A DNA stretch of 60,408 nucleotides from a virus, in IMG/VR virus record IMGVR_UViG_3300006198_000003, positions 1 through 60,408 of that record. One strand, given 5' to 3'. How positions within the stretch are numbered: position 1 is the first letter of the stretch; every line of letters begins with the position of its first letter. The notes beneath the pieces are model-generated. The model did no database searches, was not told where the DNA came from, and saw only the letters and a list, made by a program, of their open reading frames with translations. Shown piece by piece: positions 33,126 through 43,198 of this stretch. Made by a program: the position numbers and the translations under genes.

Positions 33126-34843
33126 GAACAGAATTCTACATTGATTATAATCTTTATGACATAACTGCATTAAATGACGCCCGGGAATCATCCAGCAGTA
33201 ATGCGCCATTTGCAAATATTAACCGGATAAAAGAAAACCTTTTGGCGCCGGACTATGGAACGCTGGAGCATAATTTCTTTGTGCTTGACGGGAGCCGGGA
33301 GGAATTCCCGGACAGTCCAGAGGATCTTGTATATTTCTCCGCAGGGCAGTCAGGACCGGACGGAACGTTTTCGGCAGAGCAGTCGATCACAATCCGTTTC
33401 ACGGAAAATCACACAAGCGTAGGTTTGACACTTGTATTTTTGGACTCTTATCCGATAGAGCTGGAAATATATTGGTATGACCTTGAGGGCAATTTGAAGA
33501 GCAGGAGGAAATTTTATCCGGATGCGCTGATGTACTTTTGCGAACATCAAGTGGAAGAGTACGGGCAAATCAAAATCATATTCCGAAAAGCGCTTCCCTG
33601 GCACAATGTGAAACTGCAGTACATTAAATATGGTACAAGCATCACCTGGAACAGTGATACAATTAAAACAGGTAAGCTGATTAATGATGTCGACCCGATC
33701 AGTGACCGGCTCACAACTGATACCCTCACATTTGAATTTATTGATGAGCACGACGAATTCAACCTTGGAAATCAAGGGGGAATGCATAAAACTTTTCAGC
33801 GGCGGCAAAATATGCTGGCCTATGAACGGGTGGGGGAGGAAACCGTACCGCTTGGAACATTTTTCCTGGAATCCAGCAGTATTACAAAGAATATCTGCAA
33901 AATGACAGCTATCGATTATAAAGGAATGCTGGCCAACGTGGATTTTATAGACGGGAGGATGTATAACGGGGAAAAAGCCGGCGGAATTATTACAGAGATT
34001 ATGGCTGCGGCAGGAATTGAAGCTTACACGGTTGACGAGGAGACGGCGAACACGCCGCTGTATGGTACATTGAAAATCCAGACCTGTCAGAAAGCATTGC
34101 GCGAAGTTTTATTTGCATGTGGAAGCATGATCAATACATCCAGACAGGATGGTATATCCATTTACAGCAGTAAAAAGATAGTTAGCGCCGGCATTGAGCG
34201 GGAAAGGAAATTCGAGACTACATTGGAGGCGGACCGGTATGTATCTGACGTGAGCGTAAAGTATCAGACATGGACTTTGGAGGATAAAATAAGTGAAATA
34301 ACTAAGGGGATATACCCTGCAGGCACTCATATGATACAACTTACGAGCCCAGCGGCCAGAATGACCACCAATGTGGGACGGATTATAAAGCAGATGCCGT
34401 ATTATGTGATTTTGGAAGTTCCGGCACAATCACGGTCAGAAGTTATTATTTCCGGGCAAAAATACATCGGAGAAGAGCTGGCGGCCTTATCAAGCATTGA
34501 GCGTATAAAAAGCGGAGAGCTTCGAAACTCAAAAACATTGTCCGGTACATTGCTTAATCTGGAAGCGGCGCAACGCATAGCTGATAAAATTCTTGATTAT
34601 TATCAGATGCAACAAATTATAAAAACAAAATATATTGCATCAAGCGAAAAAGCCGGGGATATGGTGGAAATCGAAAACCCTTCCAGGAAGCACGGAAATT
34701 TTGTTGCATCAATAGAATCCGTCACCACCGATCTGACTGGAGGCTTCATCAGCACCGCAAAATGCAGAGGATATTATAAGACATTAACAGATTATTATAT
34801 GACAGGTGAGATTTATACCGGAGAAGATATTGGAATTATATAG
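33122..34843 (+). CDS. putative tail/baseplate protein (Dit/Tal position)
   Basis: 573-aa ORF after the TMP; synteny. Confidence 0.5.
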   Translation: MRTEFYIDYNLYDITALNDARESSSSNAPFANINRIKENLLAPDYGTLEHNFFVLDGSREEFPDSPEDLVYFSAGQSGPDGTFSAEQSITIRFTENHTSVGLTLVFLDSYPIELEIYWYDLEGNLKSRRKFYPDALMYFCEHQVEEYGQIKIIFRKALPWHNVKLQYIKYGTSITWNSDTIKTGKLINDVDPISDRLTTDTLTFEFIDEHDEFNLGNQGGMHKTFQRRQNMLAYERVGEETVPLGTFFLESSSITKNICKMTAIDYKGMLANVDFIDGRMYNGEKAGGIITEIMAAAGIEAYTVDEETANTPLYGTLKIQTCQKALREVLFACGSMINTSRQDGISIYSSKKIVSAGIERERKFETTLEADRYVSDVSVKYQTWTLEDKISEITKGIYPAGTHMIQLTSPAARMTTNVGRIIKQMPYYVILEVPAQSRSEVIISGQKYIGEELAALSSIERIKSGELRNSKTLSGTLLNLEAAQRIADKILDYYQMQQIIKTKYIASSEKAGDMVEIENPSRKHGNFVASIESVTTDLTGGFISTAKCRGYYKTLTDYYMTGEIYTGEDIGII

Positions 34844-34852
34844 GGAGGAAAT

Positions 34853-37699
34853 ATGCAGTATCCTAAACAAACAGACAATTATGATGTAGACATATTTAAT
34901 GCCAACTTCCGGGAGCTGGCAGGGAGTGTAATCTCGCTGGATACGGAAAAATTCGATAAGACAGAGGCCCAGGGGCTTTTTAAGGATGTGGCTTTTAACA
35001 GGGGGAACGGTGTCATTACCTTTACTCTTTATGATGGCTCCGTCAAAACCATTGATACATTGCTGGAAAAGCTTGCGGTTAATTTTGATTTTGACCGGGA
35101 AACGCAGAGGCTTATTATAACCTTGGATGACGGGACAGAAAAGTATGTGGATTTGTCTGCTTTTATCACCCAGTATGAATTTCTTGATTCTGAAACCATT
35201 GCTTTTGTGCTGGGGGAAAATGGGAAAGTATCGGCAAAGATCAAGGAGGGCAGTATTGAAGAAAAACATTTGCGCCCAAATTATCTTGCTGACATAAAAA
35301 CAGAAGCGGCTAAAGCAGAAGCGGCCAGACAGGACGCACAGGAAAGCCAAAGAGAAACAGAAGAAGCTGAGGCTAATGCCGTTGCCAGCGCGGCGGCATC
35401 TGCAGAAAATGCAAACAGTGCACGGACAGCGGCAGAAGAGGCCTTGGAAGCCAAAACAAAGGCGCAAAAAGCCGCAGTAGATGCAGAAAGCTATGCTCAC
35501 GGAGGAACCGGCACCCGTGAGGGAGAGGATACGGACAACGCAGACTTTTACTATCAGCAGTCCAAAGCCCTGCACGATGTAATTCTGGCGGCCACGGAAG
35601 CCACGGAGGATAATGCCGGGCTGATGAGTGCTCATGATAAGTCCTGGCTGGACGGAAAATTCAGGCGGTATATATATGGATCGGATGCGGCTAGCGAAGA
35701 CAAAAAGGGGTATTACAAAATTGCATCCGTAGAGTCAGATTTGCTCAATCATTCCTATGCGATCCGTCTTTTGATCTGGAGCCCGAACCACGCGAACTTT
35801 CCGGTTGCTCCGGCAGAAGTGACAGTTTATTTTCAAACAGGGAGCCGCATCGTTAACAGTACAAAAGTATTTGCATACTGCGATTTAGCCACTACTTCTT
35901 CCCGGATTTTTAAGGATATCGTTGTAAAACATACTGTCAATGCCGCTGTTGGAAAGTGTGAAATTTATTTTGACAGAAATATTGATACTGCAACAATAAC
36001 AATTGATGTCATGGGTGAGATGGAACGGAATGTCACAACATCTGAAGAAAAATACCAGAAAGTATGGACGTTTTACGATAATTTTATCGCACCGGATCCC
36101 ATCGAAGAAGAGGGATATGTACTTAAGCCGCTCATTGAATGTATGAATGGGGCGACTGTGGGATCAGACACGACACCGATTTACATTGACAAGGGAATTC
36201 CAAAGCCCTGTGCGAGTCTACCCGCGGGAACGACAGACTATGATGATCTGGATAATAAACCGTTAATCAATGGAGTCGAATTATCCGGAAATAAACGACC
36301 CTATGATTTAGGAGTGTGTCCTATTACATCACAAAGAGATTTGGGACTTGGAACCCCGCAGACTGCTATCGGGTATGTAATTGTAAATGGTCAGATTTAT
36401 GGCCAGTCAGATGGAGCCATGTATGAACAGGCATACAGCGATAACTGGTTTCACCAAATTTATGGCGATTACCGAACCGGACAGATTGCTACGCGCGGGA
36501 GAAATAATGGCACCTGGGGGGCGTTTCGGAGACAGCTGGATGAGTTTAATTATTCCAATTTTATCAACAGCTACGACAATGCCATTCATGCAAGAAATGC
36601 CAATATTGGTGATAATAAATATATTAAAATAATAATTGATAGATCAAAAGCGGATATAAAGAGTAGTGGATTCTTTGGGGCTTTCACCGTCAGAATATAC
36701 GAAAATTATAGAGCAACCGATTACTTAATAAGCGGCTACAACTATTTAGCCGGATCAACTGCATGGTTAAATCCTTGTGCCTCTATTCTGGGAGGAACGC
36801 CATTTATTGAAAACGGATCCAGGGGCGTGAAATTCGGTTATGATTCGGATGAAGAAGTATACGTCATATTTGATATCGGGCAGTACGTAGGAGTAAGTGT
36901 TTTCGGATTTGTAGAAGGATATTATTCATTAACCAATGATATTAATATTAGAAAAATATTTCGAATAGAATTTGTGCCTGAAATAACAGGAACGATTGAA
37001 AAAATGGTTACTTGCTATTATCCTATCCATCACCACGAACAAAACATGTACATTGGAGGCGGACAAGCGTCTTTAAGGTATGAGAGTCTTGGGTTAATGA
37101 GCGTGCTTCCAGCTGGACCAAGCGCTATAAGGTATTATTTTAAGTCATTTACCGAAGCAGAAGGTGGCGGTGGAATGTTTATGCCATCTTCAAATGGAGG
37201 TGTCCACCTTGGAGCTTCGGATCATCGTTGGAGAGATATTTATTTAGCAACGGCACCAAATGTATCCTCAGACTCAAGAGAAAAAACTGATCAAAAACCT
37301 CTAGATGATGAGCTGACAGAAAAATTTGTTCTTGGATTAAAACCAAAGTCTTATAAAAGAATTGACGGAACCTCTGGACGAAGACATCACGGCTTAATTG
37401 CTCCGGAAGTTGAAGAGCTAATGAATACACTTGGCATATCATCTTTGGATTTTGCTGGTTTTGTAAAAAGCCCAATAACAGAACCGGAAGAATACGAAGA
37501 TCCAGAAACAGGACTAAAAAGCATCATAGAAGTTCCTGTAGAAGGAGAATATACTTATTCCCTCCGGTATGAGGAATTTATTCCAATGTTGATCAAAATG
37601 ATTCAGATACAGCATGACAAAATAAAAGCACTGGAAAACGAAAACCTGCGGATGTCAGAACGGGTGGCCAGGATTGAAGAATATCTGGAGCTTGTATGA
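34853..37699 (+). CDS. tail fibre/spike protein with C-terminal S74 intramolecular chaperone domain
   Basis: ATAPNVSSDSREKTDQKPL...GRRHHGLIAPEVEELM...YSLRYEEFIPMLIKMIQ matches the Peptidase_S74 autoprocessing domain. Ala/Glu-rich coiled stalk. Confidence 0.85.
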   Translation: MQYPKQTDNYDVDIFNANFRELAGSVISLDTEKFDKTEAQGLFKDVAFNRGNGVITFTLYDGSVKTIDTLLEKLAVNFDFDRETQRLIITLDDGTEKYVDLSAFITQYEFLDSETIAFVLGENGKVSAKIKEGSIEEKHLRPNYLADIKTEAAKAEAARQDAQESQRETEEAEANAVASAAASAENANSARTAAEEALEAKTKAQKAAVDAESYAHGGTGTREGEDTDNADFYYQQSKALHDVILAATEATEDNAGLMSAHDKSWLDGKFRRYIYGSDAASEDKKGYYKIASVESDLLNHSYAIRLLIWSPNHANFPVAPAEVTVYFQTGSRIVNSTKVFAYCDLATTSSRIFKDIVVKHTVNAAVGKCEIYFDRNIDTATITIDVMGEMERNVTTSEEKYQKVWTFYDNFIAPDPIEEEGYVLKPLIECMNGATVGSDTTPIYIDKGIPKPCASLPAGTTDYDDLDNKPLINGVELSGNKRPYDLGVCPITSQRDLGLGTPQTAIGYVIVNGQIYGQSDGAMYEQAYSDNWFHQIYGDYRTGQIATRGRNNGTWGAFRRQLDEFNYSNFINSYDNAIHARNANIGDNKYIKIIIDRSKADIKSSGFFGAFTVRIYENYRATDYLISGYNYLAGSTAWLNPCASILGGTPFIENGSRGVKFGYDSDEEVYVIFDIGQYVGVSVFGFVEGYYSLTNDINIRKIFRIEFVPEITGTIEKMVTCYYPIHHHEQNMYIGGGQASLRYESLGLMSVLPAGPSAIRYYFKSFTEAEGGGGMFMPSSNGGVHLGASDHRWRDIYLATAPNVSSDSREKTDQKPLDDELTEKFVLGLKPKSYKRIDGTSGRRHHGLIAPEVEELMNTLGISSLDFAGFVKSPITEPEEYEDPETGLKSIIEVPVEGEYTYSLRYEEFIPMLIKMIQIQHDKIKALENENLRMSERVARIEEYLELV

Positions 37700-37708
37700 G
37701 GATAAATC

Positions 37709-38254
37709 ATGAATCACGTATTTTTTAAACGTTATACACATGTAAGGCTCAAAAGATATACCCATGAGCAGATGTCTCTTACATACTGGTTTGTATTTGT
37801 CTATGACCGAGAGGAAAAGGACGTACTCAGGGTAAAGGAACTGAACGGGAAGTACCTGAACCGAGCAATCACGCCAGAGGAAAAGGAAGAATGGATGGCC
37901 GGGATAAAGGGGGCGCTGAATGTACTGGATTTACAACGGATCGAATGGAACACGCGGCTTATTGGGGAGTTTGAATTGCTAAAACTAACAGTAAAAACAA
38001 AAGGTTGGAAGTATGGAGATATCCCAAAAGTAAGCGACTTTATCAGAATACTTGATAATGTGCAAAAGATCAGGGACGCGTGGGCTTTGATGTCAGGTAC
38101 CCCCAATACACCAACGCTACCGCTCACGACATACCAAAAATGGAATGATATAGAAAAGATTATGCATGATATATCTTTTACATACGGACGATCAGTTGAG
38201 GATATCAGCTATTGCGGCGAGCTTTACGCCGGGGAAGGAATAGGTACGATCTAA
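37709..38254 (+). CDS. hypothetical tail-associated protein
   Basis: 181-aa ORF in the fibre region. Confidence 0.35.
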   Translation: MNHVFFKRYTHVRLKRYTHEQMSLTYWFVFVYDREEKDVLRVKELNGKYLNRAITPEEKEEWMAGIKGALNVLDLQRIEWNTRLIGEFELLKLTVKTKGWKYGDIPKVSDFIRILDNVQKIRDAWALMSGTPNTPTLPLTTYQKWNDIEKIMHDISFTYGRSVEDISYCGELYAGEGIGTI

Positions 38255-38550
38255 TGGCATTTATTAAGAAGGAATGGAAGGATCGGCTGGCGGAGTTTGC
38301 CGGAAGGCGCAGGCTGACCAATATCGACACCGGCGCGGAAATGACCGTAGATGTAGAACGGGATGAAGGCCTTGTTTCTCAGGTGGGAGACTCTTTTTCC
38401 GGGAAAAACATGAATGACCTGGAGGGCCGGATAGAAGCCGCGTTTACCGACTGCCCCACATCAACGATGATAAAAAAATTAGAAAGAGTGCAGACATTGC
38501 CATCAGATGCCGCAAGTCATGCAGATACTCTTTATATTATTATGCAGTGA
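38254..38550 (+). CDS. hypothetical tail-associated protein
   Basis: TAATG-coupled start at 38254; MAFIKKEWKDRLAEFAGRRRLTN. Confidence 0.35.
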   Translation: MAFIKKEWKDRLAEFAGRRRLTNIDTGAEMTVDVERDEGLVSQVGDSFSGKNMNDLEGRIEAAFTDCPTSTMIKKLERVQTLPSDAASHADTLYIIMQ

Positions 38551-38566
38551 TTGAAAGGAGAGGCAT

Positions 38567-40009
38567 ATGCCAATATATAGCGGGCAGAACAAAATAAAGC
38601 TAGCTGTCGGAGGCCAAAAAGTTAAAAAGGCATATCTGGGAAATCAGCTCGTGTATTCTGCCGGAAGTGTTGTGACATACAGGGTGGATACCGGAACTGT
38701 TTATCAAGAAGAAGTTGATGAAGGCGCATCATGCCTGTCCCCCAAGACATTTACACCATCAAAAAGCGGATGGACGTTTGTGGGATGGAGATCGGACGGG
38801 GCCGCAAGTGGAACAGTACTTACAAATAAGGTCATGGGGGATACCCCTGTTACATTATATGCGGTGTTTCGGCAAATCATAACCATTACATACTATAATG
38901 GAAATACTACAGCATCAAGCGCTTCAGGGAATCGTTACTATAATAATGGAGCGATATCTAATCCATCCTTTACCCTAATCCAGGTGGCTTTGTCTGGATG
39001 GACTGTCAGAGGGTGGAGCACTAACGGCACGGCTAACAGTGGAATTACATATAATAATGGCGTGGCTTTCACCCGGGACTCTAATGTGACCCTTTTTGGC
39101 ATGTACCAGCAAACCATTATATTGACTCTATACAATGGATCCAGCAGTGCTACAAACCAGAGCAGGACAAGATATTATTGTCCCGGAAGCGGCAGTACCG
39201 TAAATCCTGCATTTACTGTAACACCGGCTACCTTGAGCGGCTGGAGCTTTAACGGCTGGGCGGCTTCGTCTAACGCCACAGCGGCTATTGTTTACAGCAG
39301 TATATCAAACACGGTATTTTCCACCAACGCGACTTTGTACGGACGATACAGCCAAACCATCACGCTCTCTTACAATGGCAACGGTGCGTCAGGCGGCTCT
39401 ACAGCGGCCCAGACCGGCACCCGGTATTGGAACACCGGAAATTTAGCCAACCCTTCCTTCGCTCTTCGGACAAACGGCTTTACAAGAACAGGATATATAT
39501 GGACAAAGTGGGCCATGGGATCGGCTGGAGGAACGCAATACCCAAGTGGAGCCAAAGTTACTCTTGAAACAAATACTGTATTTTACGCACTTTGGGTGGG
39601 AACGCCCCATTATTTCGCACCATTAAGTAACGCCGAATGGAGTATAACCGACCAGTTTGGAGCTGACAATCATTTTAAGGTTGATACCGATAACGATAGA
39701 ATAATTGCCAGTGCTAAAGGAGTTGCCTGGACAGGGACATATGGGTATACGAACGTAAGTGCAACAATTCCCACGGGAGGATGCACTAAAGTGCGTCTTA
39801 CTGTAATGGGGCTGGGGGGAGCGCAGACTTACTATGTATATGGGATGGTAAATGATACCATTATATGCGAAACATCCCCCGCAAATCTTACATCTGTTGG
39901 ATCTGCTAATATCAATGGAAACTCTATAACTGTAACCTTGAGAATAGTGAATCCTGATAAAAACAATGCGAGTTCTGGGGCATTGACCGAAATATATTTT
40001 TACAACTAA
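38567..40009 (+). CDS. Listeria-Bacteroides repeat (Flg_new) protein, likely receptor-binding
   Basis: Four repeats of the type GWTFVGW...VTLYAVF / LSGWTVRGW...VTLFGMY / LSGWSFNGW...ATLYGRY / YIWTKW...TVFYALW. Confidence 0.7.
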   Translation: MPIYSGQNKIKLAVGGQKVKKAYLGNQLVYSAGSVVTYRVDTGTVYQEEVDEGASCLSPKTFTPSKSGWTFVGWRSDGAASGTVLTNKVMGDTPVTLYAVFRQIITITYYNGNTTASSASGNRYYNNGAISNPSFTLIQVALSGWTVRGWSTNGTANSGITYNNGVAFTRDSNVTLFGMYQQTIILTLYNGSSSATNQSRTRYYCPGSGSTVNPAFTVTPATLSGWSFNGWAASSNATAAIVYSSISNTVFSTNATLYGRYSQTITLSYNGNGASGGSTAAQTGTRYWNTGNLANPSFALRTNGFTRTGYIWTKWAMGSAGGTQYPSGAKVTLETNTVFYALWVGTPHYFAPLSNAEWSITDQFGADNHFKVDTDNDRIIASAKGVAWTGTYGYTNVSATIPTGGCTKVRLTVMGLGGAQTYYVYGMVNDTIICETSPANLTSVGSANINGNSITVTLRIVNPDKNNASSGALTEIYFYN

Positions 40010-40012
40010 AAA

Positions 40013-40046
40013 ATGGTACAACACAATAGAGAATATGAAGTAAAAT
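40013..40046 (+). promoter_or_regulatory. Conserved promoter-like motif copy P9 (upstream of the lysis cassette)
   Basis: ATGGTA 40013-40018, 22-nt spacer, TAAAAT 40041-40046. Confidence 0.5.
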
Positions 40047-40078
40047 ATAACAAATGAAGATTTGCAGGAGAAATGCTT

Positions 40079-40438
40079 ATGGAAGGAAATTACATAACAC
40101 GACAGGAGCATGATGAGTTCGCCCGACGGATAGAAGCCGAGGGGAAGCGGCGCGATGATGAAAACAAGCGCCAGAACAGCCGGATTGACACGCTGGAAGA
40201 AAACATCAAGGAAATCCATGGACTGACTGTGTCTGTGGAGCGCATGGCTGTGAATATGGAGAACATGCTTGTGGCAATTGAACGGCAGGGAAACCTGATT
40301 GAAAAGCAGAACAGCCGGATTGATGAAATTGAGAAGGAGCCGGCAAAAGACTATAAGCAGATAAAAATGGCAATTATCACGGCAATAATCGGCACCGTTG
40401 TAGGAATTGTGATTGGCGCTGTGGTTGCGCTTTTATAA
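40079..40438 (+). CDS. xhlA: XhlA-family lysis-associated protein
   Basis: ITRQEHDEFARRIEAEGKRRDDENKRQNSRIDTLEENIKEIHGL plus a C-terminal TM IITAIIGTVVGIVIGAVVALL. Confidence 0.85.
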   Translation: MEGNYITRQEHDEFARRIEAEGKRRDDENKRQNSRIDTLEENIKEIHGLTVSVERMAVNMENMLVAIERQGNLIEKQNSRIDEIEKEPAKDYKQIKMAIITAIIGTVVGIVIGAVVALL

Positions 40439-40452
40439 GAAAGGAGAATTAT

Positions 40453-40677
40453 ATGAAAAAGATTGACTGGGCAAGAAAGTTGACAAGCAGGAAGTTCTGG
40501 GCGGCTGTTGTTGGATTTGTGACGCCGCTTATGACTATGATGCAGGTGTCTGACAGCACCGCAGTGCAGGTGACGGCGCTTATCATGGCAGGAGGTACGC
40601 TGATTGCGTATATCATCGGTGAGGGCCTGACGGATGCGGCAAATACCGGATCGCAAGTACAGGAGGAAAAAAAATGA
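40453..40677 (+). CDS. holin
   Basis: 74 aa, two hydrophobic helices (FWAAVVGFVTPLM, ALIMAGGTLIAYIIG), charged C-terminus, between xhlA and the amidase. Confidence 0.8.
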   Translation: MKKIDWARKLTSRKFWAAVVGFVTPLMTMMQVSDSTAVQVTALIMAGGTLIAYIIGEGLTDAANTGSQVQEEKK

Positions 40678-41510
40678 ATAAGAAACTGATCGCCCTGGAT
40701 GCAGGGCATGGGATGGTGACTGCAGGCAAAAGGTGCCTGCAGAGCCTTGACCCAAATCAAACACGAGAATGGTGGCTTAATGATAGGATCATGGATCAAG
40801 TGCAGAGCCTGCTGGCGACATATGACTGCCAGGTGCTGCGGGTTGATGATACAACCGGGGCAAAGGACATCAGCCTTTCTGCACGGGTAAAGGCGGCAAA
40901 TTCTGCCAAAGCCAACATTTATATATCCATGCACCATAATGCCGGTTTAAACGGCAGATCCGGGGGCGGAACGGTGGTATATTACAGCTCTAATAAGCTG
41001 GAGCGGGCCGTGCAGGCTCAAAAATTGTACAACGCCATCATCCACCGGACAGGTCTTTCCGGCAACCGGAGCGAAAAGGTAGTCAAAAAGGGATTTTATG
41101 TGATCGCACACACAACCATGCCGGCGTTCCTGGTGGAAAACGGATTCATGGACAGTCCCACGGATGTGCCTGTTATTTTAAGTGACCAGCACGCGGCCAG
41201 AACCGCGGTAGCGGTGGTGGAATTTTTGGTCGATGCTCTGCAGCTCAAAAAGGTGCAGACGGTATCCGGATCACAGTCTCCTGCGGGGACAACGGTTGAG
41301 GGAAACACAGCGGACAGTGCATACTATCCTGCCTACACAGGCAAAAAAACTACGCTATCCGCCGCTATGACCAGCCTGCGGCTCAACAGTACCTATGCGT
41401 ACCGCAAAAAGATCGCGTCGGCCAATGGCATCCAGGGATATATGGGCACAGCGGCCCAAAATACGCTGATATATAATCTCCTGGTGGCAGGACGGCTGAA
41501 GAGGGCCTGA
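40674..41510 (+). CDS. N-acetylmuramoyl-L-alanine amidase endolysin (Amidase_3 type)
   Basis: IALDAGHG...ANIYISMHHNAG...VENGFMDSPTD is the Amidase_3 motif order; C-terminal putative wall-binding region. Confidence 0.9.
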   Translation: MNKKLIALDAGHGMVTAGKRCLQSLDPNQTREWWLNDRIMDQVQSLLATYDCQVLRVDDTTGAKDISLSARVKAANSAKANIYISMHHNAGLNGRSGGGTVVYYSSNKLERAVQAQKLYNAIIHRTGLSGNRSEKVVKKGFYVIAHTTMPAFLVENGFMDSPTDVPVILSDQHAARTAVAVVEFLVDALQLKKVQTVSGSQSPAGTTVEGNTADSAYYPAYTGKKTTLSAAMTSLRLNSTYAYRKKIASANGIQGYMGTAAQNTLIYNLLVAGRLKRA

Positions 41511-41546
41511 GCTGTGAGGCGGGACAGATTGCGACGTCGCAAAAAT

Positions 41547-41578
41547 GGCGGTAGGTTTTATCCTGCCGCCTGTTCTTT
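41547..41578. terminator. bidirectional terminator between the lysis cassette and the convergent operon
   Basis: GGCGGTAGG / CCTGCCGCC 9-bp stem followed by TGTTCTTT; overlaps the last codons of the minus-strand ORF. Confidence 0.65.
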
Positions 41579-41932
41579 AAGTAAATCAATCCATTTTTGA
41601 TTAGGGTTCATCCATTCCCCGGCATTAACATAAAATTCAAGGTGTAAGTCGGGATGTGCGTGTTTATCATATCTTACCTCGCCTTCAATTACGTCAAATG
41701 TATTGCAACCGTGCCATTCCCTTGTTTTGGTATTAAAATAATTTTCGTAGATAAGAATGTGCCTACCGTCAGAAATGGACATCTTTTCGGCTTGTTTGAG
41801 AGCCTTGTCAAATTCATCGAAAAGATAATAGTCAAGGTTCATATTATCTCTTACAAGGTACTCAAACAATGGCCTGTCTGTTTTGTTCTTCATTGGGTAT
41901 TTTGTCATATCCTTCTCACTTTCTCCCTGCAT
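41558..41932 (-). CDS. hypothetical protein (operon gene 3)
   Basis: 124-aa minus-strand ORF; no recognised motif. Confidence 0.5.
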   Translation of the reverse strand: MQGESEKDMTKYPMKNKTDRPLFEYLVRDNMNLDYYLFDEFDKALKQAEKMSISDGRHILIYENYFNTKTREWHGCNTFDVIEGEVRYDKHAHPDLHLEFYVNAGEWMNPNQKWIDLLKEQAAG

Positions 41933-41956
41933 TACCCGGCAGGGACGGGATGGGAT

Positions 41957-42178
41957 TTACATTAATCCTGTTTCTCTTGCCGCTTTGCAGATTCTGCGCA
42001 TTAGAAATCTTTTCATGTTTCCGGAAAGTTCATTGTCCCATTCAAACTCATGAATCATTCTCAAAGCATCATGTCTGTGGTCTAGCATTGTTTCACGGTC
42101 TCGCATATTGCAAAAACGCAATATCATTGTTCGTTCATTTTGTATTACTTTAAACAAATCCTTTAATTCGTTGTTCAT
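41957..42178 (-). CDS. hypothetical protein (operon gene 2)
   Basis: 73-aa minus-strand ORF with RBS GAAAGAAGGGAAG. Confidence 0.5.
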   Translation of the reverse strand: MNNELKDLFKVIQNERTMILRFCNMRDRETMLDHRHDALRMIHEFEWDNELSGNMKRFLMRRICKAARETGLM

Positions 42179-42226
42179 ATCTTCCCTTCTTTCTCCCGGC
42201 GCAACCCCGCCGGGTGGGTGGTGTGG

Positions 42227-42679
42227 TTAACGAGATTCCGCCTGCATGGCTCTTCGACATGCATTATCGTATTCCCTTTTTGTCATTCCAAGCTCTTTGC
42301 AAAGAGCACCTGTCCCCCTTTTTATGTTCTTATGACAAAACCTGTGGTGCATTACTTCCATATCAAAATCAATGCTGATAGAATTATCTTTTTCGCAATC
42401 TCCAATTTCATGATATTTTGACATTTCGTTCTTGCTCATTAATTTGTGTTCCACATAGTACAAATCGTGATTTTCGCTTAATGTATCATGATAAATCTTT
42501 CCACCGTCAAAATCTCCTATTAAGTAAAACCTACTGGAATTTTCTATTTCAAAAATATCTTTTGCTGTATCTGGTATAAAAAATCTTCTTACTGTCATAA
42601 TGGTTCCCTCCATATTTTTTATCATAGGAACAAGCGCCTCACCATCCCAGTGTAGATTCACGATACCCTTTGTTTTCAT
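42227..42679 (-). CDS. hypothetical protein (operon gene 1)
   Basis: Start chosen at MKTKGIVNLHW (42679). The longer ORF to 42784 has no RBS. Confidence 0.4.
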   Translation of the reverse strand: MKTKGIVNLHWDGEALVPMIKNMEGTIMTVRRFFIPDTAKDIFEIENSSRFYLIGDFDGGKIYHDTLSENHDLYYVEHKLMSKNEMSKYHEIGDCEKDNSISIDFDMEVMHHRFCHKNIKRGTGALCKELGMTKREYDNACRRAMQAESR

Positions 42680-42784
42680 CACCCCGCGCCATCCGCCCCT
42701 ACTTTCCTGCGGCTTTCGGAAAAGATGGTTACTTCCGTTCTCTCGTTGGCATCTCTTGTTCCTTTGATAAGTCCATATTAGCAT

Positions 42785-42832
42785 AGTTTAAATATGCTGT
42801 CAAGAATATTTTTAAAAAAGTTTAAATATGCT
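42785..42832. repeat. two perfect 14-bp direct repeats AGTTTAAATATGCT (candidate operator)
   Basis: 42785-42798 and 42819-42832 in the divergent promoter region. Confidence 0.7.
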
Positions 42833-42860
42833 TGAAATCTTTTCTTTGAAATGATATTAT
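42832..42860 (+). promoter_or_regulatory. sigma-A type promoter
   Basis: TTGAAA 42832-42837, 17-nt spacer, TATTAT 42855-42860. Confidence 0.55.
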
Positions 42861-42885
42861 AAATCCTGACAGGAGGTAAGGAAGT

Positions 42886-43086
42886 ATGGCTTTTGCAGAT
42901 AAAAAGGCGGCTTTTGCGTATATTAATGAGTATCAAAAAGAAAAGTATGATAGGATTACAGTTATGGCAAGCAGGGGAAAGAAAAAAGAGTATCAGACGG
43001 CGGCTAAAGAAGCTGGAATGTCTTTATCTGCTTTTGTCGAAATGTGCGTAGATGAAAAAATCTCCCACAACAATAGGCGGCAGTGA
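42886..43086 (+). CDS. putative ribbon-helix-helix/Arc-like protein
   Basis: 66 aa; YDRITVMASRGKKKEYQTAAKEAGMSLSAFVEMCV resembles RHH antitoxin/repressor folds. Confidence 0.45.
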   Translation: MAFADKKAAFAYINEYQKEKYDRITVMASRGKKKEYQTAAKEAGMSLSAFVEMCVDEKISHNNRRQ

Positions 43087-43094
43087 TTTTAAAA

Positions 43095-43114
43095 TTTGTC
43101 CAGAATTTTGTCCA
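43095..43114 (+). repeat. integrase arm-type site pair (TTTGTCCA x2)
   Basis: TTTGTCCA at 43095-43102 and 43107-43114; the same octamer pair recurs at 43305-43323. Confidence 0.6.
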
Positions 43115-43158
43115 TAATATCGCAAAATGGCTCATTTATCGCATTTATTGGCATTAAA

Positions 43159-43186
43159 CAATCAGGTTCGAATCCTGTCACCCCGA
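43159..43186 (+). other. attP core: 3' fragment of a tRNA gene
   Basis: CAGG-TTCGAAT-CCTG T-arm followed by acceptor strand CACCCCGA; no matching 5' half upstream. Confidence 0.65.
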
Positions 43187-43198
43187 TTGATGTATTAT

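Noticed and set aside
34853-40009. Diversity-generating retroelement or retron associated with fibre genes or the ncRNA region
   Set aside because: No reverse-transcriptase-like ORF occurs anywhere in the genome, and no template/variable repeat pair was seen.
43090-43186. Complete tRNA gene next to the integrase
   Set aside because: Only the T arm and 3' acceptor strand are present. No complementary 5' acceptor, D arm or anticodon arm lies upstream, so it is an attP core fragment.
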